The position numbers were made by a program, and so were the translations under genes. A stretch of DNA of 64,000 nucleotides from positions 1,632,001-1,696,000 of the forward strand of contig CAWAIF010000003.1 in NCBI GenBank assembly GCA_963782055.1, given 5' to 3'. The notes beneath the pieces are model-generated. The model made no database searches. It worked only from the letters and a program-made list of their open reading frames with translations, and was not told the DNA's origin. Every line of letters begins with the position of its first letter. Position 1 is the first letter of the stretch. Positions 31,124 to 40,341 of the stretch are shown here, piece by piece. The stretch is from an uncultured delta proteobacterium. Its GTDB lineage: Bacteria > Myxococcota_A > Polyangia > Polyangiales > Polyangiaceae.

Positions 31124-33184
31124 TCACGCCGCGCCGAAGCCGATGCGCCTTCCTCCGGTCCGCTTCCCCCGCAGGTCAATCTCGCGGCGCAACAGGTCCA
31201 CGATCCGCTCGGCGTCCCCCGCCGGCGCGAGGCGCACCTGTCGCGCCACCGCCGCGAAGTCGCCGGGCGTGAGGCCGTCCAGGCGGTCCAGGCGCGCGGG
31301 CGCGTCCGCCGCGAGGTCGCCGAAGACGCGCGCGAACATGGCGCGTCGCTGCTCGGCGCGCAGCGGCTTCATCTCCACCTTCAGCGCGAAGCGCCGGAGC
31401 GACGCCACGTCCAGCTGGTCCACCAGGTTCGTCGCGCAGAAGAAGACGCCGTCGAACGCCTCCACCTGCACCAGCAGCTCGTTCACCTGCGTCACCTCCC
31501 AGGAGTGGCGCGCCGTCGCGCGCTCGCGCAGGAGGCCGTCGCACTCGTCCAGGAAGAGGAGCGCTCTCTCCGCGGCCGCGTCGCGGAACATCGCGGCGAT
31601 CTTGCTCTCCGTCTCGCCCAGCCACATGCTCAGGAGGTCGGAGGTCCGCCGCGCCCGGAAGGGCATCCCCAGCCGCCGCGCCACCTCCGCTGCGAGCGCC
31701 GTCTTCCCCGTCCCCGGCGGCCCGTACAGGCACACGCTCGCGTGGGGGTGCGTGCCGAGCGCGGCGATCAGGCCCTCGACGTCCACCGACGCGTTGACGA
31801 AGGCGGCCTCGTACTTCCCGCACGGCGAGGCACCCGCGGCGGGGCGCGGGGCGCCGCCGGCGGCGAGGTTGCGGTCCAGCATGATGGTGAGCGTCTCCTC
31901 CACGCGCCGCGGCGAGCGCGCGCCGACGAGGCGCACGCCCCGCGCCGCCTGCTCCACGTGCGCGGGGGAGAGTCGTTCGTCGGCGGACGTGCGGTCGAGC
32001 CACTGGGCCGAGACGCCGAGCGACCCCAGCTTCGACTCCAGGATCCGGCGGCGCGCGGTCTGCGGCGGCACCGGCAGCTCCAGGACGAAGGCGAAGCGCC
32101 GCAGCGTGGCCGGATCGAGCTGGTCGATCGCGTTGGCGGTCCAGATCGTCGGCACGCGCGCGTTCTCCAGCATGCGGTGCGTCCACCCCTTCGCCCGCGT
32201 GGTGTTGCGCGCCGGGCCGACGGCGTCGCGCCCGAGGGCCAGGACCTCCTCCGCCTCGTCGAAGAGGAGCAGCGCACCGCGCGTGGCGCGCAGGACCCGG
32301 TCGGCCAGCACCACCTTGGCCAGGCGCTCCATCCGTTCGGCCACGCCGCCGTCCTCGTCCTGATCGAGCACCTCGTGGAGGCTCGCGCCCAGCTCGCGCG
32401 CCAGCACGCGGGAGAGCTCGGTCTTGCCGGTGCCGGGCGCGCCGTGGAGCAGTACGTGGAGGCCGCGCGCCCCGCGGGCCAGGCCCCCGCGCAGCAGGCC
32501 GAGCGCGACGGCGACGTCCTTCTGGACGTGGGCGAAGTCCGCGAGGGTCAGCGCGGAGGAGCGGGAGCGCCGCACGGCCGCCCGGGTGATGGGCGCGACC
32601 GACGCGACGCCGTCGACGAGCGGCTCGGCGATCTCGTCGCAGACCGCGAACTCCCACGGCGACAGCAGGCCCCCCGCGTGCAGCACGCCGTCGTGGTCCA
32701 GCGCGCGCCGGACGTCCTGGCGCGGCTGCCCGAGCGCCTCCGCCAGCGCGGACACGCGCGTCACGCCGTCGTGGAAGCAGCGCTCGAGCCCGGCGTCCAC
32801 CGCGCAGAGCACGGCCACCCCGAGGACCTGCTCCTCCACGTCCCCCATGCCCAGCTTGCGGGCGACGTGCCGCACGCTGCGCAACACGGGCGCCTCCCGG
32901 TGCCGTCCGGCGCGCTCCAGCTTGCGGAGCCGCTTGGCCGCCTTCGCCACGCCGTTGCGCACATTCCGCTCGCTCGCGAGGTCGGGCAGGCCGATGGTGG
33001 CAGCCACGTGGCTGTCGAGCCCGTGGGGGTAGCGGACGTGACGGGCGACGTCGGAGCGGAGGAGCGCCCGCAGGGCCCAGAGCGCGGCGAGGTCGGAGGT
33101 CGGATCGTCGCCCGGGCGCGGGTCGCGGGTGCGCGGGGTGACGAGATCCAGGATCTCCTTGCGGATCGGGGCGTGGGAGGACAT
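31124..33184 (-). CDS. AAA+ ATPase with two AAA modules
   Basis: GAPGTGKT/LLFDEAE/ATLRRF and GPPGTGKT/LFLDECD/ASLRRF. Confidence 0.9.
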   Translation of the reverse strand: MSSHAPIRKEILDLVTPRTRDPRPGDDPTSDLAALWALRALLRSDVARHVRYPHGLDSHVAATIGLPDLASERNVRNGVAKAAKRLRKLERAGRHREAPVLRSVRHVARKLGMGDVEEQVLGVAVLCAVDAGLERCFHDGVTRVSALAEALGQPRQDVRRALDHDGVLHAGGLLSPWEFAVCDEIAEPLVDGVASVAPITRAAVRRSRSSALTLADFAHVQKDVAVALGLLRGGLARGARGLHVLLHGAPGTGKTELSRVLARELGASLHEVLDQDEDGGVAERMERLAKVVLADRVLRATRGALLLFDEAEEVLALGRDAVGPARNTTRAKGWTHRMLENARVPTIWTANAIDQLDPATLRRFAFVLELPVPPQTARRRILESKLGSLGVSAQWLDRTSADERLSPAHVEQAARGVRLVGARSPRRVEETLTIMLDRNLAAGGAPRPAAGASPCGKYEAAFVNASVDVEGLIAALGTHPHASVCLYGPPGTGKTALAAEVARRLGMPFRARRTSDLLSMWLGETESKIAAMFRDAAAERALLFLDECDGLLRERATARHSWEVTQVNELLVQVEAFDGVFFCATNLVDQLDVASLRRFALKVEMKPLRAEQRRAMFARVFGDLAADAPARLDRLDGLTPGDFAAVARQVRLAPAGDAERIVDLLRREIDLRGKRTGGRRIGFGAA

Positions 33185-33199
33185 GGCCGGAGAGGTGCG

Positions 33200-33230
33200 G
33201 GCACCGGCACGGGCACGGGCACGGCACGGG
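33200..33230. repeat. Short (GGCAC[G/C])n tandem repeat
   Basis: ggcaccggcacgggcacgggcacggcacggg in the intergenic spacer. Confidence 0.6.
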
Positions 33231-33265
33231 GATGGAAGACGTGCGGCGCGGGTGTGCCTGACGGT

Positions 33266-33892
33266 TCAGGCGCTGGCGAGCTTCAGGAACTGGCCGGACA
33301 CGGGGTCGTAGTCGAAGACCTCACCGGTCGCGATCTTGAAGACCCAGCCGTTCATCTTGAGAGTCCCGGCGTCCAGACGGCGCGCCACGAAGTCGAAGGT
33401 CCGCAGGTTCTCCAGCTGCAGGAGCACGTTCTCCTCCACGGCGGCCGTCATGCGCGCCTCGCCCTCCAGGTGGCCGTAGCGCTCCTCGATGAGCCTCGGG
33501 ATGCGCTCCGACTCCGCGACCCAGCGCGCCACGTGCTGCAGGTGCGCGCTGCGCTCCGGGTGGAGGATGGCGTCGATGGCGCCGCAGCGCGTGTGTCCGC
33601 ACACGATGACGCTCGTCACCTGGAGCACCTCCACCGCGTACTCGATGGCCGCCGAGACGCCGCCGAGCACCCCTCGCTCCACCGCCGGCACGATGTTGCC
33701 GACGTTGCGCACGATGAACAGCTCCCCGGGCGCCGCGCTGGTGATGAGGTTGGGCACCACGCGCGAGTCTGAGCAGGTGATGAGCAGCGTCTCCGGCTGC
33801 TGCCCGTGCTCGGCGAGCTGCTCGAACAGGGCGCGGTTGGAGGCGAAGTAGTTGGCCTGGAAGTGGTGGATGCCGTCGGCGAGCTTCTGCAC
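33266..33892 (-). CDS. Beta-class carbonic anhydrase
   Basis: ITCSDSRV, GELFIVRNVGN, AAIEYAV, CGHTRCGA. Confidence 0.95.
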   Translation of the reverse strand: MQKLADGIHHFQANYFASNRALFEQLAEHGQQPETLLITCSDSRVVPNLITSAAPGELFIVRNVGNIVPAVERGVLGGVSAAIEYAVEVLQVTSVIVCGHTRCGAIDAILHPERSAHLQHVARWVAESERIPRLIEERYGHLEGEARMTAAVEENVLLQLENLRTFDFVARRLDAGTLKMNGWVFKIATGEVFDYDPVSGQFLKLASA

Positions 33893-33901
33893 GCCGCCAG
33901 T

Positions 33902-34798
33902 CTACCCGACTTGTGGCGTCGCTCCGAGCGTGCGGATGCGATCCAGCCACGCCTCGGGGAAGTAGCCCGCGACGAGCAGCGTCATCATGAGCAAGGCGAA
34001 CCACACCACCGGCCCGAACATCAGCGCGATCATGGCGTGCATGGCGAGGCCGAACCCCAGGGCGTAGGGGCGCGTCCGGCGAAGCCCGAAGAGGAGCGGC
34101 GCGCAGGTCTCGAAGAAGAGCACCGTCCCCTGCATCGCCGTCCACGACCACCGGGGCAGGGCCCGCGCGAGGGCATAGGCCACCGGCGTCTGGTAGCTGC
34201 CGTGGATCTGCGAGAAGAGCACGAGCGGCTCGTGCAGCCAGTCGGCGCGCGCCTTGGCGATCCCGGAGGCCATGTAGAGCACGACGGGCAGGAGCTGGAG
34301 GAAGCGGATCGAGCCGCTCGGGATCTCGGTCTTCCATCGCTTGCCGCCGCGCCGCCGCTTCAGGAAGGCGTCGACCGAGAGGAGCCGCCCGCAGGGGCCG
34401 GCCGCCACCGCCACCATGATCACCGGGGTGAGCTTGCTCACCGAGTACGCGCCGAGCCTGTCGGACAGCGCGCCGAAGAAGAGGGTCGCGGCGAAGACGA
34501 GCGCGCTCGCCCGCGTGCGGTAGCCGACCGAGCACGCGATGCCGGAGACGACCATCGTGACGGCGACGGTCCACGCCGCCCACGACGGCAGGGCGGGGAT
34601 GAAGAGCGGCTGCCGCCAGTCCGGCTTGCCCAGGTCCGGAACGCGGAAGCCCGCGTCGCCCAGCCAGTGCCCGGCGTGCGTGACGCGCGCCCACATGAAG
34701 CCGAGCGTGACGAGCGGCACCAGGATGCGCACCACCTCCAGGCGCACCAGGGGCACCGGATCCTCCAGCCAGTAGGCGAGGCGCGCGCGCAGCGTCAT
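33902..34798 (-). CDS. HTTM-domain membrane protein (vitamin K-dependent carboxylase/SdpB-like)
   Basis: L.RLEVVRI, VGYRTR, LLSVDA, YMASGIAKARADW, FETCAP, MHAMI; ATGA overlap with the upstream gene. Confidence 0.8.
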   Translation of the reverse strand: MTLRARLAYWLEDPVPLVRLEVVRILVPLVTLGFMWARVTHAGHWLGDAGFRVPDLGKPDWRQPLFIPALPSWAAWTVAVTMVVSGIACSVGYRTRASALVFAATLFFGALSDRLGAYSVSKLTPVIMVAVAAGPCGRLLSVDAFLKRRRGGKRWKTEIPSGSIRFLQLLPVVLYMASGIAKARADWLHEPLVLFSQIHGSYQTPVAYALARALPRWSWTAMQGTVLFFETCAPLLFGLRRTRPYALGFGLAMHAMIALMFGPVVWFALLMMTLLVAGYFPEAWLDRIRTLGATPQVG

Positions 34799-35412
34799 TG
34801 GTACCCCTCCGCGCCCGGCGCGCAGCGGCGCGCCCGGACCGAGGCGGGCGTGTGATAGAAGTGGTGCCGCTTCGTCTCCGGGTAGTGCGCGAGCGGGTAG
34901 CGACGGTAGCGCTCGAAGGACGAACCCACCTCCGGGATGGGGATGCGGAGGCTGAGCATCCGCACGCCGCCGATGCGCTCGCCCGGGTCGATGCCGTCGT
35001 CCCCCGGCTGCTCGTCGTGGCTGCGCACGAGGTAGAGATCGAGCGCGCGCATGGTCGTGCGGTTCTCGCGGTAAAAGTGCATCGCGCGGTTGAAGCGGTT
35101 CTCCTTGTCGTCCGGGTCGATCGGGAAGTACGGGCGCGTGTCGAGCTCCACCCACTGGCGCCGCGAGCACACCCAGGCCTCCGCGCGGTAGTCGATGGTG
35201 GCGTGCGCCGCCCGCGGGAAGAGCACCGCGACCTGCGTGAAGAAGAGGGCGGGGCGCGGCAGCACGTGCGAGGGGAGCGAGCAGCCCGCGCCGTCGAGCG
35301 CGACGGACGCCAGGTACGCGGCCGCGAGCGCGCGAAGCGCCAGGCTCGTCCGCCGGCGCCATGTCGCCCTTCGCTCGGCGCGCTCGAACGCGCGACGCGT
35401 CCGCCTCGTCAT
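34795..35412 (-). CDS. Membrane-anchored hypothetical partner of the HTTM protein
   Basis: One N-terminal hydrophobic segment, FTQVAVLFP, soluble C-terminus; translationally coupled to HTTM. Confidence 0.7.
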   Translation of the reverse strand: MTRRTRRAFERAERRATWRRRTSLALRALAAAYLASVALDGAGCSLPSHVLPRPALFFTQVAVLFPRAAHATIDYRAEAWVCSRRQWVELDTRPYFPIDPDDKENRFNRAMHFYRENRTTMRALDLYLVRSHDEQPGDDGIDPGERIGGVRMLSLRIPIPEVGSSFERYRRYPLAHYPETKRHHFYHTPASVRARRCAPGAEGYQ

Positions 35413-35600
35413 GTGACCGCGCAGGTCTCGCACGGGACGCGAGGGGAGACAAGAAGGGGCATGGGCGGGACAGCGCGCCTCGCGCGCGACCGTTGCGGGC
35501 GTCGTGCGATGTCTGCGTGCCGCGGGCCCCACGACGGCGCCGGTGTCCGGCGCACCCGCCCGCCGCGCGCTTTGGCCGGGCGTGTGCAAGTGAGAGGAGC

Positions 35601-36593
35601 ATGAGCGACAAGGACACACTGCACGTCATCCTCGGCGCGGGGGGCGCCATCGGTACTCCACTCGCGCGCGAGCTGCTCGCGCGCAAAGTGCGCCTGCGGA
35701 CGGTGTCGCGGAGCGGTCGCGGGCCGGTCGCCGCCGAGACGATGCGGGCCGACCTCACGCGCCGCGACGAGGTGATGCGCGTGATCGGCGAGGGCTCCAC
35801 CGCGTACCTGACGGTGGGCCTCCCGTACGATCGGCGTGTGTGGCGCGAGCAGTGGCCCGCCATCATGCACAACGTCGTCGACGCGTGCGTCGCCAAGGAC
35901 GCGCGCCTCCTCTTCTTCGACAACGTGTACATGTACGGCAAGGTCGACGGCATCATGACCGAGGCGAGCCCGGACCAGCCGTGCAGCGAGAAGGGCGCGG
36001 TGCGCGCCGAGATCGCCCGCTACCTGCAGAACGAGATGGCGGCGGGGCGCGTCAAGGCGCTCATCGCGCGCTCGGCGGACTTCTACGGCCCGGACACCGA
36101 CGGCAAGAGCGTGCTGACGATGCTCGTCTTCCGCCGGCTCGCCGCCGGCAAGCGCGCGCAGGTGCTGCTCCGCGCCGACGCGCGGCACTCCTACACCTAC
36201 ACCCCGGACTGCGCGAAGGCCCTCTGCATGCTCGCCGAGGCGGACGACGCCTTCGGTCAGGTCTGGCACATGCCCACCGCGCAGCCCCCGCTCACCGGGC
36301 GCGAGCTGGTCGAGCGCGCCGCCCGCGCGATCGGGGTCCCCGCGCGCCTCTCCGCCATGCCGGGGTGGCTGCTGCGCGCCGCGGGCTTCTTCGTCCCGGT
36401 GCTGGGGGAGCTCGGGGAGATGCTCTACCAGTACGACCGCGACTACGTCTTCGACTCCACCAAGTTCGAGCGGCGCTTCGACTTCACGCCCACGCCCTAC
36501 GAGGAGGGCATCCGCGCGACCGCGCGCTGGGTCACCCACCACGCGCCCGACGGCGCGCCTCTCGTCTCGCATGGCGCCCAGCACCCGACGTGA
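35601..36593 (+). CDS. NAD-dependent epimerase/dehydratase family protein
   Basis: ILGAGGAIG, FFDNVYMYG, ARSADFYGP, HSYTYTPD; GAGAGGAG SD. Confidence 0.9.
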   Translation: MSDKDTLHVILGAGGAIGTPLARELLARKVRLRTVSRSGRGPVAAETMRADLTRRDEVMRVIGEGSTAYLTVGLPYDRRVWREQWPAIMHNVVDACVAKDARLLFFDNVYMYGKVDGIMTEASPDQPCSEKGAVRAEIARYLQNEMAAGRVKALIARSADFYGPDTDGKSVLTMLVFRRLAAGKRAQVLLRADARHSYTYTPDCAKALCMLAEADDAFGQVWHMPTAQPPLTGRELVERAARAIGVPARLSAMPGWLLRAAGFFVPVLGELGEMLYQYDRDYVFDSTKFERRFDFTPTPYEEGIRATARWVTHHAPDGAPLVSHGAQHPT

Positions 36594-36774
36594 CCAGCCC
36601 CGGGCCGATCACCAAGACGCGTGACCCGCGTGGCAGGCGCTGCGCGTCGTCGAGACCCTGGACCGCGACCGCGTGCGCGACCTTCTCACCGAGTGGCCGT
36701 GGGGGAAGGGTACCGTGCTGGAGGTCCGTCGCTGCCGGTGCGGGTGCACGATGGCTCGCCTCCGCGACGCATGA
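36590..36774 (+). CDS. Small hypothetical protein missing from the ORF track; needs a one-base frame correction at about 36625-36627
   Basis: GTGA-coupled start at 36590; adding one C to CCC gives MTSPGPITKTRDPAWQALRVVETLDRDRVRDLLTEWPWGKGTVLEVRRCRCGCTMARLRDA with GC3-rich codons. Confidence 0.45.
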
Positions 36775-36809
36775 CCCACCGCCGCCAGCCGCTCGCGAAG
36801 CACCGCCGA

Positions 36810-37244
36810 TCAGGCCAGCTTCGCCGTCAGGGTGATCGGGGTGGCGGCGAGGGCCTTGGAGACCGGGCAGCCCTTCTTGGCACCCTCCGCGATGGCCTTG
36901 AACTTGGGCTCGTCGATGCCGGGGACGCGCGCCTCCAGCTCCAGGGCGATGCCCTTGATGCCGAAGCCGTCGTCGGTCTTCTGAAGATCCACCCCGGCGG
37001 TGACGCGGATCTCCTCCGGCACGTGCCCCGCCTCGCTCAGCGCGAAGGACAGCGCCATGGCAAAGCATCCGGCATGCGCCGCGCCGAGCAGCTCCTCCGG
37101 GTTGGTCCCCGCCTTGCCGTCCTCGCTCTGGAAGCGGGTCATGAAGGAATAGGGCTGGTCGGCGAGGACGCCGCTCTGGGTAGTGAGCTCACCCTTCCCG
37201 TGGGGACCGTCGCCGCGCCAGCGTGCCGTGCTCCTGCGAATCAT
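36810..37244 (-). CDS. osmC: OsmC family peroxiredoxin
   Basis: [39 protein letters not shown]. Confidence 0.95.
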   Translation of the reverse strand: MIRRSTARWRGDGPHGKGELTTQSGVLADQPYSFMTRFQSEDGKAGTNPEELLGAAHAGCFAMALSFALSEAGHVPEEIRVTAGVDLQKTDDGFGIKGIALELEARVPGIDEPKFKAIAEGAKKGCPVSKALAATPITLTAKLA

Positions 37245-37447
37245 GGGCTTTCCTCCTGAAGACCTTGTTGGATGCCCGTCGCCCGCCCGCCGTCGCGCCT
37301 GCCCGCGCGACACCCCTGCACCAGGCCCGGCGCCCGCCGCCCTGCGGGCTGGGCGAGGTCGGCGCGTGGGTGGCGGCCGAGGGGCAGGTCGCCTCCGCGG
37401 CGATGGGTCTCGCCCCGGCGAGCGCGACGACGCATCCCGGGCGCCGC

Positions 37448-37493
37448 TTGACGATGGTTCACGTGCGAGTTAACTATTGCGAACCGAAGCAAC
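37448..37493 (+). promoter_or_regulatory. Sigma70-like promoter with a probable ArsR-type operator
   Basis: TTGACG-N17-TAACTA followed by inverted repeat TTGC-N8-GCAA in an AT-rich patch. Confidence 0.5.
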
Positions 37494-37517
37494 ATTGTCC
37501 CTCGCCTGGAGGTCCCG

Positions 37518-37976
37518 ATGAAACCTGCGCCCGCCGGCTTCGCCCGCATCACGCCCGCCATCTTCTACGACGACGCCGCGAAGGCCATCGACTGGCTGTG
37601 CGAGGCCTTCGGCTTCGAGGTGCAGCTCAAGGTGGAGACGGGCGACGGCCACATCGCCCACTCCGAGCTGGTCTTCGGGGACGGCACCATCATGGTGGGC
37701 GAGGTCGCGCGCAGGGAGAAGCGCGCCAGCCCGCAGGCGCTCGGCGGCGTCAACACCCAGTCGCTCGAGGTTCACGTCGACGACGTGGACGCCCACTGCG
37801 CCCACGCGCGCGCCTCCGGCGCGACAATCCTCGCGGAGCCGAAGGTGAGCGACTACGGCGAGGACTACTGGAGCTCCAAGACCTACGAGGCCCAGGACCT
37901 GGAGGGCCACCGCTGGTGGTTCACAGAGCGCCTGCGCAGCCCCGCCAGGCCCGGCCCCAAGTACGCCAAGGAGTGA
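37518..37976 (+). CDS. VOC/glyoxalase family protein
   Basis: AIDWLCEAFGF, HSELVFGDG, VDDVDAH, DLEGHRWWF. Confidence 0.9.
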   Translation: MKPAPAGFARITPAIFYDDAAKAIDWLCEAFGFEVQLKVETGDGHIAHSELVFGDGTIMVGEVARREKRASPQALGGVNTQSLEVHVDDVDAHCAHARASGATILAEPKVSDYGEDYWSSKTYEAQDLEGHRWWFTERLRSPARPGPKYAKE

Positions 37977-37984
37977 TCGCGGCC

Positions 37985-38344
37985 ATGAGCGCCGCGGAGA
38001 GACTGGACGAGACCCTCCTCGCGCTCGCCGACCCGGCGCGCCGCGGCGTCATCGATCTGCTCAAGCGCAAGCCGCGCCGCGCGGGGGAGCTGGCTGCCTC
38101 GCTGCACATGAGCGCCCCCGCGATGAGCCGCCACCTGCGCGTGCTGCGCAGCACGGGGCTGGTCGCCGAGGAGTCGCTCGAGCACGACGCGCGGGTGCGC
38201 GTCTACCGCCTCCGGCCGGAGCGCTTCTCCGCCCTGCGCGACTGGCTGGACGAGGTGGAGGCCTTCTGGGGGGCCGAGCTCGCGTCCTTCAAGGCGCACG
38301 CCGAGAAGACGCGCAAGGGCAAGGGGAAGGGGAGCCGCCGGTGA
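37985..38344 (+). CDS. ArsR/SmtB family transcriptional regulator
   Basis: ALADPARR, AGELA, MSRHLRVL..TGLV. Confidence 0.9.
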   Translation: MSAAERLDETLLALADPARRGVIDLLKRKPRRAGELAASLHMSAPAMSRHLRVLRSTGLVAEESLEHDARVRVYRLRPERFSALRDWLDEVEAFWGAELASFKAHAEKTRKGKGKGSRR

Positions 38345-38841
38345 CGGCGCCCGCGAGTCGCGAGACCGCGCGCGTCACCACCTTCGTCGCGGTGCACCCG
38401 GATGACGCGTTCGACGTGTTCACGTCGGAGATCGACCGCTGGTGGCGGCGAGGCCCCAGGTTTCGTCACTCGCGGCGGATGGAGGGGGAGCTCGCCTTCG
38501 ATGGCGGCGCCGGCGGCCGCCTGGTGGAGCGCACCGCGGGGGGCGAGGTGTTCGTCATCGGCCGCGTGCTGGCGTGGGAGCCGGGCGCGCGCCTGGTCTT
38601 CGAGTGGCGCGCGAGCAACTACGCGCCCGGCGAGTGGACGGAGGTGGAGGTCCGCTTCCAGGCGGCGCGGGGCGGCACGCGGGTGGTGCTGGAGCACCGC
38701 GGGTGGGAGGCGCTGCGGCGCGACCACCCCGCGCGTCACGGGCAGCAAGACGCCGTCTTCAGCCAGCGGATAGGCCTGTGGTGGGCCGACCTGCTGACGG
38801 CGTACCGCACCTTCGCACCTGGTGCGGTCAGCCCGCGTTGA
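38341..38841 (+). CDS. SRPBCC/AHSA1 domain protein
   Basis: AFDVFT, GRVLAWEPG.RLVFEW, TEVEVRF, TRVVLEHRGW; GTGA-coupled. Confidence 0.88.
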   Translation: MTAPASRETARVTTFVAVHPDDAFDVFTSEIDRWWRRGPRFRHSRRMEGELAFDGGAGGRLVERTAGGEVFVIGRVLAWEPGARLVFEWRASNYAPGEWTEVEVRFQAARGGTRVVLEHRGWEALRRDHPARHGQQDAVFSQRIGLWWADLLTAYRTFAPGAVSPR

Positions 38842-39517
38842 TCGTGAGCTGCTTGCGGCCCGTGTACTGCTCCCAGAACTTCTCGGCGATCGCCGCCGGT
38901 TCCAGCGTGGCGTTGCCGGAGTCGAAGGCGGTGCCCTTCACGCTGCCGAGCACCATCACCTCGCCCACGTGGATGCCGAGCGGCCGGAGCTTCTCCGCCA
39001 GCAGGCCCACCGCCTTGTGCTGCGCGGCCTTCCCCAGGGCGAGGCCCATCGCGTTCCACTGGACCGCCATCGCGTCCACCTTGGGATCGTACATGCAGAG
39101 GCCGCCGCCGGTCACGAGCACCGCGGCGTCCTTCTGTGTCTTCAGGTCGGGGAGGGCGGCCTGCACCGCGGCGAGCATGCCGGTGACGCTCACGTCCAGC
39201 ACCGGGCCGAGCTCGGCGAGGTCCGCCGAGGTGAAGTCGGCGGCGCCGCCGGCGTACGCGTTCCAGTGAATCACGGTGATGGGGCCGAGCTTCTCGCGCG
39301 CGTCGGCGACGAGCTTCGCGACGGCCTTCCGGTCGCCGAGGTCGGTGGGGAAGGCGGCCGCCTTCACGCCCGCGCCCTGCAGCTCGGTGGCGGCGGCGGC
39401 GAGCTTGTCCTTGCTGCGCGCCGCGAGGGCGACGGAGAAGCCCTCCGCGCCGAACTTCCTGGCGACCGCGCTGGAGATGCCCGTTCCGTACCCGCAGATG
39501 AGGATGGTCTTCGACAT
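38828..39517 (-). CDS. Short-chain dehydrogenase/reductase
   Basis: ILICGYGTGIS, LAARS, HWNA, VTGGG, LGKAAQ (canonical catalytic Tyr absent). Confidence 0.88.
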   Translation of the reverse strand: MSKTILICGYGTGISSAVARKFGAEGFSVALAARSKDKLAAAATELQGAGVKAAAFPTDLGDRKAVAKLVADAREKLGPITVIHWNAYAGGAADFTSADLAELGPVLDVSVTGMLAAVQAALPDLKTQKDAAVLVTGGGLCMYDPKVDAMAVQWNAMGLALGKAAQHKAVGLLAEKLRPLGIHVGEVMVLGSVKGTAFDSGNATLEPAAIAEKFWEQYTGRKQLTINAG

Positions 39518-39528
39518 GGTGACGTTGG

Positions 39529-39741
39529 ATGCTACTCGCCCGCGCGGCGTCGCGGAATCTGCGCATCACCGCGCTGGCCAAGGGCTGCGACGCGGGGGCG
39601 GTCATCGCGTGCAGCAACCTTGGGGTCGCCTACGAGCGAGGCATCGGCGTGGCGAGGGACCCCGACCGCGCGCACGCCCTCTACGAGCAGGCGTGCTCCG
39701 GGGGCTGGCAGGGCGCCTGCGCCCACCTGCCGGCGCCATGA
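39529..39741 (+). CDS. Sel1-like repeat fragment (possible remnant)
   Basis: KGCDAG...ACSNLGVAYERGIGVARDPDRAHALYEQACSGG...AC; about one repeat, no signal peptide, almost no promoter space. Confidence 0.5.
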   Translation: MLLARAASRNLRITALAKGCDAGAVIACSNLGVAYERGIGVARDPDRAHALYEQACSGGWQGACAHLPAP

Positions 39742-39856
39742 GCACGGCCGCTCCGTCCGGGCGTAGCGACGGTCGGCCCAGGCGCTCCGCCTGCGCGGCC
39801 CGCGCGAGATGCGCGCGCAAACGCACGTCACCGGCGCCGGCGCCGCACGGCAGGGC

Positions 39857-39872
39857 CGGCACGCGCCGTGCA
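39857..39872 (+). promoter_or_regulatory. Probable sigma54 promoter
   Basis: cGGCACGcgccgtGCa (GG-N10-GC), about 16 nt upstream of ATG 39888. Confidence 0.55.
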
Positions 39873-39887
39873 ACCGGCCACGCGGCC

Positions 39888-40286
39888 ATGAGTGAGGACT
39901 CGAGCAACCGGACCCGTGTGCTGGTGGTCGACGACGACGAAGGCTCGTTATCTCGCGCACTTGCGCCCGAGCTCGCGGGACACACCGTCACCACCGCGCA
40001 CGACGTGGTCGAGGCGATTCACCACATCAACTGTGCGGTCGGGAACCCGTTCGACATCATCTTTTGTGACGTCGCGTGCGGCGACGTGACGGGCCCCGAG
40101 CTCTGGGCGTACCTCTCGCAGAATCGCAAGAACGCCGCGCAGCGCATGGTGTTCGTCGCGAGGGAGCCCGTGCCGCTGCCCACGCGCGCCTTCCTCGCCG
40201 CCGTACCCAACGCGTGGGTGCAGCTCCCGCTCGACCGGACGCCGCGAGGCTCCTCGCGCTCGAGGCATCCGGGCCACGTCGCCTGA
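39888..40286 (+). CDS. Single-domain receiver-like protein (atypical)
   Basis: RVLVVDDD, FDIIFCD retained; conserved Thr and KP replaced (FVARE, VQLP). Confidence 0.7.
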   Translation: MSEDSSNRTRVLVVDDDEGSLSRALAPELAGHTVTTAHDVVEAIHHINCAVGNPFDIIFCDVACGDVTGPELWAYLSQNRKNAAQRMVFVAREPVPLPTRAFLAAVPNAWVQLPLDRTPRGSSRSRHPGHVA

Positions 40287-40341
40287 CCGAGCCGACTCAG
40301 CGCGGACGGCACCTCGGAGGCGACGATGCACTGCGCGTCGT

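Noticed and set aside
31124..33184. AAA ATPase as an anti-phage module (e.g. paired with an S8 protease or nuclease)
   Set aside because: No effector gene adjacent; neighbours are carbonic anhydrase and an SLT lipoprotein
35573..35588. Sigma54-like TGG-N10-GC upstream of the epimerase
   Set aside because: The implied TSS would fall downstream of the clear SD (GAGAGGAG), so the match is ambiguous
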